Part shown: positions 24,238 through 37,004 of the stretch, in pieces
Layout of the letters: every line of letters begins with the position of its first letter
How positions within the stretch are numbered: the stretch's first letter is position 1
Assembly (NCBI GenBank): GCA_964016885.1
Contig: OZ024741.1
Location: 375,534,001-375,598,000 of the forward strand
Direction of reading: 5' to 3'
From: Eledone cirrhosa
Lineage: Eukaryota
Length of the DNA: 64,000 nucleotides
Program-made: the position numbers and the translations under genes
The notes under the pieces: generated by a model
What the model was told of the DNA's origin: nothing
The model's database searches: none
Seen by the model: the letters and a program-made list of their open reading frames with translations, nothing else

Positions 24238-24313
24238 TGGGGTCAAGATAGGAGCGTCCACACCGCAGCCCTTGGAGTATCAATAAGATTGACAAGATAT
24301 TGCTAATCCTATC
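24238..24313 (+). ncRNA. HDV-like self-cleaving ribozyme at the 5' end of the Vingi-like LINE
   Basis: P2 GATAGGA/TCCTATC; P3 GCG/CGC with L3 TCCACAC; P1' AGCCCTT then GG (P1.1 with L3 CC); P4 AGTATC/GATATT; J4/2 GCTAA. P1 5' strand TGGGGTC is imperfect. Confidence 0.82.
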
Positions 24314-27052
24314 ACCACCACAACAGTTATAAGCTACAAAACAGCCAAAAGTGACGCTGAAAGCTACAAGCCACAAAGCTACGGAGCGCCAAGAGAAAAT
24401 GCCATGCCTAGAGATAGACAGAGTTTGATGTCAGAAAGGAGGGACTTCTTCAAGACCAGCATTGACAGTCATATCTGCAAACATTGAAGGGCTCTCCTCT
24501 GCAAAACAAAGCATCTTAGTCAAGCTATGCAGCAAGCAACACTGTGATGTTCTCTTCTTGCAAGAGACACACAGAGGAGTGAAAACAACCGGTCCACCAT
24601 ATCTGAAATGGCCCTGGCCATTGAGCGACCCCATCAACAGTACGATGTTTGTAAAAACAGGCGTACTTATAGAAGAAATGGACATGTCAGATGACATGAC
24701 ATCAAAGTCTTATCTGTTGAGCTAAACAGTGTATAGTAGAATCTGTCTATAAACCACCACCTGTAGACTTTATCTTTTCCCAGCCAATCCCCAAAGTACC
24801 CAGCAAACCACAGATCATTATAGGTGATTTCAATAGCCACAGTACCCAGTGGGGCTACCCTGAAATGAACAAGGATGGAGAAGCAGTGGAGGACTGGAGT
24901 GATACTAATCAACTGAGTCTTATCCATGTCCACAAGCTATCACATTTGTGTTTCAGTGCTCGCTGGAAACATGGCTATAACCCAGATCTCACCATCATTA
25001 CAAGCAACATTGCTGGACTGTGTAAAAAGACAGTGCTGGATCCTATTCCATAAAACCAACACTGTTCAATTGGGATCCTAATCAATGCAGCTGTAGTCCC
25101 AATTATTGGGCCTTTTAAAAGGTGCTTCAACTACAAGAAAGCAGACTGGAAAGGTTTCACCAACGAGCTGGAAGAGAAGATCAAACATATAATGCCAACA
25201 AGCAATAACTACAACCTCTTTGCTAACCTGGTGCTGAAAACTGCCTGGAAACATATCCAATGAGGCTGTAGTTGAATATATACCTGGACTTTCATAGGAA
25301 TGTACAGAACTCTATGCCAACTATATCAGCATGTTTGAAGCAGACCGCTTCTCAGAAGAAACAACTGCCCAAGGCGAGAAGCATTGCCCAAGAGCGAAGC
25401 AAGACCTGGAATGCTTTTATTAAGTCTATGAACATATACAAAAAACAGCAAGAAAGCATGGACACTTATTCACAAGATACGCGGTGATCCTAAAGCAGCC
25501 CCTCAGCACCTTAAAGCCACTGCCAACCAAGTTGCTAGCCAATTGCTAGAGAATGGAAAGAGTGGAAATAGAGGAAAGAAGATCAAACTAAACCGCAAGA
25601 AATACACTGTGAACCTTGCTTTTACAAGACCGTTTATCATAGAAGAGCTGGAAAGCAGGAATCTCTACCTTCAAACCAGGAAAAGCAATTGGACTAGATA
25701 ACGTCACAGGTATGGTAGCCAGTGTGGCGTTTGTCGACCTCTCAGCTGCCTGACACAGTCAACCACAGATGTCTCCTGGAGACTACAAGAGACACCTGTC
25801 TGACGGAGTTGATTGAAAGCATGCTTGGAAACAGGCACTTCTTTGTTGAACTAAGAGGGAAAAAAAAGCAGATGGTGAAGACTCAAGAATGGCCTCCCAC
25901 AGGGAAGTGTGCTTGTTTAATTTCTCTTCAACATCAACACCAATGACCAACCAAAAAGTGCATACACTCGCCGCTTCATCTATGCAGACGATCTTGGCAT
26001 AGGTACACAATATAGAGTCTATATTCCACAAAGTTGTGGAATATAGACTCTTCAATGCTCTGGAAGAGCTAACACCTTATTAAGAGAACCACCTACATGC
26101 AAATCCATCCAAGATGCAGGTGTATACCTTCCACCTGCGAAACCGTGAAGCCAAGCACCAACTGAAGGTCAACTGTTCAGGAATCCCCCTTGAACATTGT
26201 GAGCACCCAGTCTATCTAGGTGTAACTCTGGACAGGTGTTTCTCTTTTAAGATCCGCATTGAGAAGACCAAGTGCACAGTGAATGCGAGAAACAACATCA
26301 TCCGCAAGCTCACTGGCACAACCTGGGGTACAAACCCACAAACTCAGAAGTCAACTGCACTAGCTCACTGCTACTCAGCTGCCGAGTATGCATGCCCAGT
26401 ATGGGAGTGAGCTGTCCATGTCCAGAAACTAGATCCTGCTATCAATTCTAGCTTCCGCCTCATCACAGGCTGCCTGAAATCTACACTTACGGACCGTCTA
26501 TATATCCTGGCAGGCATAACTCCACCAAAGATATGACGAAGTGCAGCAAGCAAGAAAGATCATCAACAACTGACTACAGATGAAAAACATCCTCTCTTCA
26601 GCCATGTGCCAGCCAAAAGCTACGTTAAATCCAGAAAAAGTTTCCTAAAGAGCGTCATACCCCTTGGAACATCAAGATAAGTAGTGAAAGAGTCACTGGC
26701 TGGGAAGAAAAACTTAACAACCTCCCATCTGTAACAACAATAAAGCTAAAGGTGAGCAGATACAAACTATGCAGTATGGAAATGCCTAAACAGACTAAGA
26801 GCTGGTGTTGGACATGCAAAAGTCACTCTTGCAAAAGGGGATATTTAAAGGATGGGGAGATGGTGTATGACTGTGGCATCAAACCACAGGCTACACAGCA
26901 CCTCCTGATATGCCTCTGCTGCTATACCACTGCACAGAATTGGACTTGGCAGAGTTTAATGAGAAAGGACAGCAATGTGTTCAGCTGTAGCAAAACCACA
27001 TCTAGCTCAGTTTTGTAACTGACACTCTTGTGGACCCGACAAGAAGAAGAAG
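24238..27052 (+). mobile_element. Vingi/Ingi-type LINE, both ends present, with an internal RT deletion and decay
   Basis: APE: TVISANIEGLS..K, LQETH, GDFNSHSTQWGY, SARWKHGYNPDL. RT: AFVDLSAA, GLPQGSVL, FIYADDL. Then FHLRNREA..L, YLGVTLDR, YSAAEYACPVW and a (GAA)n tail. No ORF1. Confidence 0.88.
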
Positions 27053-28003
27053 CAAGCCCTAACTTGGGTAAATATCCTCTCAGTTCTGGAGCCAGTTAGG
27101 TTATCCAGAATTCCTGGGAAGAGACCAGATGGTCTTATCCTTGGTTCTCGGTAAGAGTTAGATGTCTCATCTGAGATGCCACAGTCAATGACTCTTTTGC
27201 TCCCTCCTACATCCTGGATGCTGTGGTAAATGTGAGGGCCTCTGCTTCCATAGCTAAACAGAATAAAATTCTAAAATATTAGAAATTATAAACAATCTCT
27301 TTTTCCCAGCCAGTAGAATTCGAGACATTTGCGGGAGCTGGGTCACTGACAGCAAAGTTCTTTCCATCATTAGCAGCTTACTTTACTGAGGTATCAGGTG
27401 ATGCCCATGAGGGTGCTTGGTTATTTCAGCACCTTAGCCTTGCCATCACCTGCAGTAATGCTGTGAGCATGTAGATTTGTTTTAAAAATTTCCAATGACC
27501 CTTGTGGTATGTGAATAATTGATGCATTTTGTGTTGAAGTGATGGTTTTTTTCTTTTCCTTTTTTTTTCTCACTTTAATTATATATTTTTGCATATTATA
27601 TTTATAAGGTTCCTAGCAATAATAAATTGATTATTATTATTGGGGTTAAAAAATATACCGTACATTAAGTAATAAAGTAACAGGTTTCATATTGATCCTA
27701 CCATACAAGAAATATCAACACAATGTATTAACAGAATATTTCTAGCTCGATAATACAGAGTATAGAAATATGTTTGTTATTGTTATGTGAGTAAATTTAT
27801 ATCTATGTTCTTTGACTTAGCTCAAAGAGAGAGAGAAAGAAAGTATCATGTCATAAGGCTTGGCCAAAAGCTAAATTAGTGGCAAGTGGCCAGAAGTGCA
27901 GTCTTTCATATTTGTGTAGCATTGAGCATCATAGAGCTGGGGGAAAAACTATTAGAAATTCTATAGCTTAAAGTATGGAAGGTGGAAAGAAGGCTTCAAA
28001 TAT

Positions 28004-28004
<1 letters not shown>

Positions 28005-28034
<30 letters not shown>

Positions 28035-28437
28035 GCATCACCATTTTATGTTCATTCTTCCCCTCTAACATGGGTTAGACAGGTTGTCCTGTTGTGGGAA
28101 ATGCCAGGTTGGGTGACCATGTCTTGCTCATATGGGAAGTGATTTTGGCTTGATTTCTACAGCTGGATGCCCTTCCTAACACCAACCTCATTTACAGTGA
28201 GCACTGGGTGCTTTTTTACCATGGCGCCTACACGGCCACTTTACAGTATGGACTGGGTGATTTTTTTGTTGTTACTCCTCCATGACCACTTTGCAGTGGG
28301 AGAGGTTGGAGGCATATTGTCTATATGCTTCAACTTCGGCTTGTACCAGTGGGAAGTTGGGTCTTCTGTATTACTGCATAACGCCAGAGGTCTCGGTCCT
28401 GTGTCATCGCCTTTGAGAGGTGCAATTGGGCAAGGTT
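28005..28437 (-). mobile_element. RTE LINE 3' end (family B)
   Basis: Reverse complement of the 11200-11600 type with a (CAT)n tail. Confidence 0.75.
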
Positions 28438-28438
28438 A

Positions 28439-28487
<49 letters not shown>

Positions 28488-29629
28488 TATATCATCATCA
28501 TCACTGTTTAGTGTCCATTTTTCCATGCTTGCATGAGTTAGACAGGTCATCCACGTTGGGAGACAAGTCTGGCCAGAGTTGGCTATGCCGTATCTTGCTC
28601 CAATGAGGACTAAATTTGGCTGGGGATTTTACAACTGGATGCGTTTCTTAACACCAACCACATTTACATATATATATGTGTGTGTGCATGTGAATCTGTA
28701 ACTCCTGGTGGAGTAATAGGAATGCTGTCATAGTATACAGTATTACCTAAACCTAGTAGAACCCATCCGTTCTCCAGGTGTGAATACAGGTGATTTCTTC
28801 TGGAGAAGAAGGGAGAATGAGAGAGAGAGGGGAAGTAAGAAAGAGATATAGAAGAATTGATCTCAACACTGGATTGGTACTTTTTTTTATTGACCTCAAA
28901 AGTATGAAATGTAAATTTGAAATTTGAACTCAGCACAGTGAGCCACACTCAGTGGCTAGCTACCAACAATTTAACCACTGGTTTGCTAAGCTGTCTAATT
29001 TTTGACCACAGCTTTTTGTATTTTGGAAAATTAGAATTTGGTAATAAAATATCACTTCATTAATTTAATTTTAATATAGGATAAAAACTGGAGTTTGTGA
29101 AAAAAATCAGAATGTAAAGTTCGGAAGATAACTAAAATTGATTTAGAGGTTTATAGAATATAGCACTTTGGTGCTTTGGCCCTTCATGTAAGAATGAGGA
29201 AATTGTAGGTAAAACTATAAATAAATATTTGGAATACAGCTAACTCTTCAATATAAACAGCATTTCGAGGTGATTGCTTCTGATAAGACCCTTTAAAAGG
29301 GATGTTTGATCATTCTGCTCCCATGTCCTTGTCAGAAATAGAAGAAGAATTAATATTAAGATATTCAATGAAGTTTACATAAAAAAAAAATATTATTCAG
29401 TAAGGAAATAGTATTTGCTTAACTCTTAACTCACTGTACCACATGAAACTGCATAAGCAAAGTATTTTGGAAAAATACGAAACAGCACTATGATTGCATC
29501 ACATTAAGTCTTTAGCATAATACTACAAATTTTCATAATGATCTGACCATTAGTAAAGATACTGTAAACATTTGAATTAGGCCTTTGGATGCTTGCCTTT
29601 ATGAATTAATTTGTGTTGGCACTCACAAT

Positions 29630-30190
29630 GTTGATGTTGTTGATGGCTTTTGCTACCTTGGTGATGTGACAGGAGCTGGTGGGGGCTGTTCTTCTGCTTC
29701 AATCACCAGATGCAGATCTGCATGGAAATCATTTTGAGAGCCTTTACCAATTCAGACTGGATGGTGCCTATCCTTTGAAACAAGAGGCAGAGTGTTCAAT
29801 ATCTGTGTTCCATTTGTATTGAGGATAAATTGCAGTTGGAGAGAAATGAAAATGCTATGGTTTGCTGGATGTATGGTGTCAAAATCTCAGACAGAGTCCA
29901 TATGGCATCTCTCTACCAAAAATTAAAGATACTAGTACTTGTCTCTGTTTTAAGATCATGCAAACTGCCAGTTTGGACATGTGAACCGTAGTAGTGGGTG
30001 GATACATTAATGTACCAAGATTGTGGCCACTGGTAGATGGGGAAGGGGGTGCCCATCTAAGATGTGGGAAGAGGTAATCAGGGATGATCTGAAAGCCTGG
30101 AACCTGAAACAAACACTGGAGAGATGCTTAGAAAGACTAAAAAACATCCAATGCCTGTGATAAATAAAGAAGACGTTAACCAGACAATTA
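29630..30190 (+). mobile_element. Old RTE LINE 3' fragment
   Basis: FCYLGD..GAGGGC...RSAWKSF.ELLP, LERNENAMVCWM and WEEVIRDDLK remnants. Confidence 0.7.
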
Positions 30191-31589
30191 TGATAATACT
30201 TTTAAATATTTTCTGCCAGATCAATACAGGATATTAAGAGATAATGGCTATTATTAGCTTAATTATTTTGGCAAGTAGAAGAGATAATTTTGGACATGTT
30301 TCAGATGTTTCAAACCTCATCAGCAAAGCAGAAATTTCTCTATACTTGTCAGAACTGTTAAATTGCTTGGTGTTTTCATTAACATGCAGTAATAAATTTA
30401 ATTCTATCTGATTTAGGTCTCTTGTATAGAATACAGGGAAAAGAAAAGCCATATTCACTACTTTGGCTCTGCTGTTAACTGTGGGTGAAGTGAACACAAT
30501 TGGTTGGAGGAAATTATCCTGGAGATCTGTCTCAAATGCTTGCTATAGAATGGACTCTGCTGAAATATCCCAAATATCAGGGAATGGGGTGTTAAACTAG
30601 GTGTCAGATTAAATCTACCACAGTATACCTGATATGTCAAAATGTTGATTTCCAGCTTAGGTCCAAGGCGACATAAAGAGAAGGACAGGCTATTATATTG
30701 ACTTTATTGTTTACTTGGTCAAGTCAGGCTTCTACCTGCTACATGTAACATGTAACCCAATACAACCTGCTTTATGGTCGAGTGGTCGCAACTAAACCAG
30801 CTCCCCTGCCAGACCCTGGTCTGGTGAGGAGGGTTAGAGGAATCCTAGCAGCACAAAAAACTAGAGCTTTTAAAGGGCAGATGAACTTTTCATAGTCATT
30901 GGTCATCCACCCCAATTATTGGTTAAAAATAGCCTCACCATCCTGAAATTGGTCAAGTATGGTGAGTATGGCTACACCCCTGGTATGACCAAAACTAAAC
31001 AGAAAGTGGTGGAGGTCAACCAGTGCAGGCTTCATCTAACAGGAGTGAGAAGGCCTGGAGTGGATTTGATTGGCTTATTTGATTGGTACTTATTCTCACA
31101 ATTCTGAAAGATGAAAGTCAAAGTCAAACTCAGTGGTATTTGAACAAAATGATATGTAAATAAACACTTCATTGATTCTGTTAATCTGTCACTTCTTGAT
31201 TCTATTGGTTGAATATTCTTCAGATATGTGTACCCTTAAAGTAATTCTTAGGGAGATTTAACATGATACAGCATGTGACAGGCTTCAAAATTTTGTTTTT
31301 GAGCTCTATTGGTCAAGCGTCACCCACTAAACCAATATCCCCACAAAGCCTGCTTGGTGAGGTGGGTGACATTTAAACACTGTAGGATGAGAAACAAAAC
31401 TCAAGGGTGGATGATGTCATCAGAGTCAATGGCCATCCAATGCATGTTTATATGTTTATGTAAATCTGAAGTCTGTGGTGTTTGTAGTCTCTGGTCATCT
31501 TTGTTTTTGTTTGTTGATAGTTTAATGTCTTCAAACATGCAGAGAATGGCTTTCTTGTCACACGTGTTGGCATATTTCATGCCAATATG

Positions 31590-33340
31590 CTTTTCCCTAT
31601 GCCTCATTATCTGGTGGACTCTTAGAAAACTAGGAGTAGATGAGTGGCTTCTATAAGCTATACAAACCATGTATAGAACAACAGTCAGGAAGAGTAGAAT
31701 TAACAATGACTATAGTGAAGAATTTAGCATGCAAGTGTCCATCAGGGTTAAGTCCTTAGCACTCTCCTGTTTATTATTTCCCTACAGGCTATAACAGAAG
31801 AGTTTAAGACTTGATGCCTATGGGAACTTCTAATAGCTGAAACTAGGCAGAATTAGAGAAGAAAATCCAAACCTGGAAGCGTGGCCTAGAATCAAAAGGT
31901 CTTACAGTTAATTTGTCAAAAACCTAGTATGTAGAAAGGAAAACAGGGCCCAGAATCCCTCAAGGAAATGGTCTTGCTCAGTGTGCAGGAAAGGAGTAGG
32001 TAGATATTCCATCCTATGTCCCAAATGCAAACTATGGGTACACAAGAGTTGTGGGATCACAGGCAGGCTATCAAAGAACTTAGAGTTTATATGTGGACAA
32101 TTCTCAGGTGCAGTAAATAGCATAGGTCCACTGTTTACCAGCTCCTTCAAATGCTCTGTAGAAATAGTCGACAGTTTCTGTTACCTAGGTGACCAAATTA
32201 GCAGTGAAGGAGGGTGTTCCAAAAGTACAGTAGCCAAATTAAGAATGGGATGATGAAAATTCAGGGAGCTAATACTGCTGCTAGCTACAAAAGATTTTCC
32301 CCTCAAAATGAAAGGCAGATTTATGATGCATGTATCATCATCATCATCATCCTCATTTAACGTCCACTTTCCACGCTAGCATGGGTTAGACGGGAGTTGT
32401 CCCACTTGAGGCAGGGTTGGTCGGGTGACCGTGTCTCGCTCATATAGGACTATCTGGCAGGTTTTCTATGGCTGGATGCCCTTCCTAACACCAACCACAT
32501 TTACAGTGTAGAACTGCAAACTTTTTACCATGTTACCTACACGGCCACATTACAGGGTGGACTGTGTGTTTTTTTCTCGTGACACCTACGCAATCTCGAT
32601 CTCGATCTCATTTATCTCATTTATTTGGACTGGATATTGTGGTACCAACTTTATAGAGAGGAGATGGTGTTGGTGGGAGTGGGAGGATAGGGTAGGGGTA
32701 GTGGATTGGGGTGTATATTTGGTTAAGAGGTGCCTACTGGCCTAGGTTTCGCTTTGTACATAGGCAAGGCGGGTCTTCTGTATTACTGCGTAGTGCCAAA
32801 GATCTTGGTCCAGTGACATTCTCTTAGAGAGGTGCAAGTGTGTAAGGTCGGAATTTATCAGATCGTCCCAGGTTTTTCTGGGTCTACCTACTCCGTAACT
32901 ACCATCAATTTTGATCGCCCTGCACTTTTTTGTGAACAGCAATGTTACATGGTAGTGAGACCTGGCTTTTGTGGGCAGAGAACCTGTGAAGATTGGAAAG
33001 AAATGAAGCCTGCCTGCTCTGATGGATGTGTAATAGTAATATACATGAACAGCAAAGCATACATGGGCTAAGAGAGAAACTAGGCATAAAAGAGATCAGA
33101 TGCAATGTGCAGGAGAGGAGATTGTGTTGGTATGAACATGTGATGCATATGAAGGATGACAGCTGTATAAAAAGGTGCAGAGCGCTCAAAGTTGATGAAA
33201 GCTTGAGATGAGATGAAGACTTGGAATGAGGTGATAAAAGCTGACCTTGCACAATTGCACCTCTTTAAGGCGATGACACAAGACTAGGATCTCTGATGTT
33301 ATGCAGTAATACAGAAGAGCCATTTCCCATTGGCACAGGC
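31590..33340 (+). mobile_element. RTE LINE RT/C-terminal relic with a nested antisense RTE 3' end at 32335-32931
   Basis: IWWTLRKLGVDEWL...PHD-like finger...FCYLGD...YDAC is interrupted at 32334 and resumes (TAMLHGSETW) at about 32932. Confidence 0.85.
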
Positions 33341-33930
33341 TGAAGCATACATCTCGTATGCACTGCATTCGCCTCCATCTCCCTTTCCATACACCTCCAA
33401 CATCCTATCATCTCTCACACACACACCTATACCTATCTTCCAATCCCCATATGCCTCCCCCATGAATTTTAAAGGATGACAATGATGATGATGATGATAT
33501 ATATACATACACACACACACACATATATATATATATACATCTTCATTGTTATTTTTAAATCAACTTTTCCATGCTTTCATGGGTTGGACAAGACATCACA
33601 AGATAATGTGTTACAGCTGAATGCCTTTCCAATGTTTTACAGCTGAATGCCTAACCCTTTTAGTCATTTCTTTTGACATATAATGATATGGCGTTCTTAT
33701 TCTAAACTAGATACAGTTATATATATATATAATGCTGCTATTGTGTTATATATATATAATGCTGCTATTTCTAATGGCAGGACATTGACCTGTCCACCCT
33801 ACCTTTTGTCTTTGCACACGGCACCAGACAGAATTATTTCTTTCATCATTCGCTCTCATTTCGGAATGGTTTTGTATGGCGTCAGTTTGTGATTTGAACT
33901 CGGGAATTTTATATTCTCCGAGGGACAAGA

Positions 33931-34012
33931 GCCCTCTGAAGATTGCTCCTTTCTCAATGGAAATTCGCTTGGATTTTCCGTTTATTCTGGAGCATGAAAC
34001 CGCGGTAAAGGC
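33931..34012 (+). ncRNA. Hammerhead ribozyme motif with enlarged stem II loop (Penelope-type)
   Basis: GCCCT-CTGAAGA-T-TGCTCC[39 nt]GGAGCA-T-GAAA-C-CGCG-G-TA-AAGGC. Palindromic tetraloop in stem III and GUA cleavage triplet. Confidence 0.7.
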
Positions 34013-34082
34013 ACATAGTAAGTAGCGCGAATTTTAAAAAATTTATTTTAAAACATTTTCTCAATTTGCTAGACCTTGATTG

Positions 34083-34139
<57 letters not shown>

Positions 34140-34142
<3 letters not shown>

Positions 34143-35445
34143 TATAGTGAAAAATTTAGCATAAAAGCAGGTGTTCACCAAGGCTCCGTCCATAGCCTCC
34201 CTCCTGTTTATCATTGTCCTACAGGCTATAACAGAAGAAATTAAGACTGGCTGCCCATGGGAACTTCTATATGCAGATGATCTAACTCTCATAGCTGAAT
34301 CTATGGCTGAACTAGAGAAGAAATTCGAAACATGGAAGCATGGCCTAGAATCAAAAGAGCCTTCAAGTTAACTTGTCTAAGACTAAAGTTCTAGTATGTA
34401 GAAAGGAAAATAGGGCACAGGTGTCCTCTGGGAAATGACCATGCTCAGTGTGTAGGAAAGGAGTAGGCAGAAAATCCGTTCTATGCCCCAAATGCAAACT
34501 ATGGGTTCATAAAAGATGTAGTGGGATCACAGGTAAGCTATCTAAGAATGTAGATTTTATATGTGGCCGATGCTCAGGTGCAATAAGTAGCAAATGCTCA
34601 TTGGATACTAACTTCTTCAAATGCCAAGATGGTTCTATAGAAATAGTAGACACTTTCTGTTACCTGGGTGACAAAATCAGCAGTGGAGGAGGATTTTCTG
34701 AGACCTGGGCATTGTGTGCAGAAGATCTGCACAGATTGGAAAGGAACGAAGCATGCATGCTCTGATGGATGTGTAATAGTAATATACATGAACAGCAAAA
34801 CGTAAATGAACTAAGTGAGAAATTAGGAATAAGAGAGACCAGATGCAGTTTACTTGAGAGGAGATTATGATGGTATGGTCATGTGATACGTATGAAGGAC
34901 AACAGCTGTATAAAAAAGTGCAGGGCTATAAAAATTGATGGAAGCTATGGAGTAGCTAGACCTAGAAACACCTGGGATTTCATGATAAAATCTGACCTTG
35001 CTCACTTACACCTCTCTAAGACAATGTCACTGGATTGAGATCTTTGGCGCTATGCAGTAATACAGAAGACCTGCCTTCCCTTACATACGAACTTGAACCT
35101 GCAGTCAGTAGGCACCTCTTAACCCAGTATACACACCACACAACACCCCCACTCCATCCTCCCACTTCTGCCCACACAACCCTTTCTCTGTAAAGTTATG
35201 TTGGTGCCACAGAACATCCAATCCACACTGTAAAGTGGCCATGTAGGTGTCAGAACAAAAAGCACCCAGTCCACACTGTAAATGTGGTTGGTGTTAGGAA
35301 GGGCATCCAGCTGTAGAAAACCAGCCAGAAACAGTTCTATACGACTGAGACACGGTCATCCGACCAATCTTATCTCAAGTAGGACAAAACCGTCCAACCC
35401 ATGCTAGCGTGGAAGATAGACGTTAAACGATGTTGATGATGAAGA
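34140..35445 (+). mobile_element. RTE LINE 3' part (family B) with internal deletion
   Basis: VHQGS, WELLYADDL, PHD-like finger, then FCYLGD fused directly to ETWALC; 3' UTR and (GAT)n tail. Confidence 0.88.
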
Positions 35446-35449
35446 CATA

Positions 35450-36246
35450 TATGGTATAAACTCAATAAAATGTACACAATGCAGATCTGGGTTACACAAG
35501 AAATGTAATGGGATACCAGGCAAACTAACAGGCATGGAAAACTACATATGCAATAGATGTACAGGGAAATTTGCCAATAGGAGTTGCAGTGATAGACACA
35601 TTTTTCAAAAGCAGGTAGGTTTATAGAAGTGGTTGATAGCTTCTGGTACCTAGGTGATCAGATTAGCAATGGGGGGGGGGGGATTCCGAGACCATACTAT
35701 CTAGAATAAGAACAGGTTGGAAGAAGTTTAGGGAGCTGCTTCCTCTGTTGACAAAGAAGGGTTTCTCCCTGCGTACGAAAGGCCGGTTATATGATGTCTG
35801 TGTGAGATGCGCGATGCTGCATGATAGTGAGACATGGGCAGCAACTGCAGAGGATATGCAACGGCTGGAGAGAAATGAAGCAAGCATGCTCCGTTGGATG
35901 TGCAATGTCAATGTGCGTGAATGACCAAGCATAGATGAGTTGAGAGAGAAACTGTATAAGAGGGATTAGTTGTAGTGTGTGAGAGAGAAGACTGTGATGG
36001 TATGGACATGTGATGCACATGGAGGATGACTGCTGGGTAAAGAAATGCCAAGAAATCCTAGTTGAAGGAAGACGCAGTAGATGAAAACCACAAAAGGCAT
36101 GGGCAGAGGTGGTGAGAGTGGACCTCAGATCCCTGAAGCTCACGGAGATGACAAAGGACCGTGACAAGTGGAGAGATGCTGTGCTGAATAGGACCCGTCC
36201 CACCCTTGCAAGCAGCGAAAAGCAGACATAAAATGATGATGATGAT
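35450..36246 (+). mobile_element. RTE LINE 3' part (family A)
   Basis: RIRTGWKKFRELLPLL..KGFSLRTKGRLYDVCVR...SETW...LERNEASMLRWMC; short 3' end with (GAT)n. Confidence 0.88.
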
Positions 36247-36269
36247 ATATAAGAAGGCTCTTCAGTTGC

Positions 36270-36730
36270 GATAACCAAAAACTTCTCTAGTGCTGGTGCC
36301 ATGAAAATGCATCTAGTACACCCAATAAGGTGGTTGGTAACAGGAATGACACCTCACTGTAGAAACCATGCCAAAAAGGTTTCAGATAACTCTTCAGTTC
36401 TGTCAAAAGCAGGACAACCTCATTAGTATTGGTGAGTTACACATCCTGTACACTCAGTAAAGTGGTTGGTGATAGGAAGGGCATCCAGCAATAGAAAGAT
36501 TTCCAAACAATGGATCAGGAGGAATCCTAAGTTGTATCAAATACATGAAAACCTCCTTAGTGTTGGTAATCTACATGATAAATGTACCCAGTACACTCTG
36601 TAAAGTGGTTGGTGATATGAAGGGCATCCAGTCATAGACAACCTGTCCAACGAAGGATCTGGAGGATTCTTCAGCTGTGTGAAAGATATAAAAGCCTACT
36701 TATTGCTTGTGTAATGATAAAATGCACTTG
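36270..36730 (+). repeat. Degenerate tandem repeat (~125-140 bp, 3-4 units) of a retroposon module
   Basis: gtacac...taa(a/g)gtggttggt.a...gaa.g.ca recurs at about 36316, 36448 and 36592. Confidence 0.6.
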
Positions 36731-37004
36731 GTGGGATGCAGGATTATATGTAAACAAGATGCAGGCCTCCAGCCCAGCTGAGAGGTCAGTAGTCTCATGT
36801 ATTTTGTGACTGTCTATAAAGACCTGTCCAATTCTTACTAGCATTGGTAATATATATATGTGTGTATAAATAATATATATATATTTGTGTATATATATAT
36901 ATATATATATTTATTTTGGTTGTTTTGGAAGCCTCAACAATGGAGATGGGTAAATCTCTGGGTAACAGAATCCGGTGGGGAAGAGAGAGATGTAAGGGAA
37001 TGTA

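Larger units (their letters stand above)
23440..27480 (+). mobile_element. CRE-clade non-LTR retrotransposon relic interrupted by a Vingi-like LINE
   Basis: Post-RT region (DQALL..RFGGL.LR), CRCG..D..G...LSC zinc knuckle and EVNLIIQ up to 24237. Resumes at 27053 as QALTWVNILSVLEP...GKRPDGL...FET...WLFQHLSLAI..NA. Confidence 0.85.

Noticed and set aside
24400-24470. 2A-like ribosome-skipping peptide at the start of the Vingi ORF, as in L1Tc
   Set aside because: No DxExNPGP motif seen ahead of the endonuclease.
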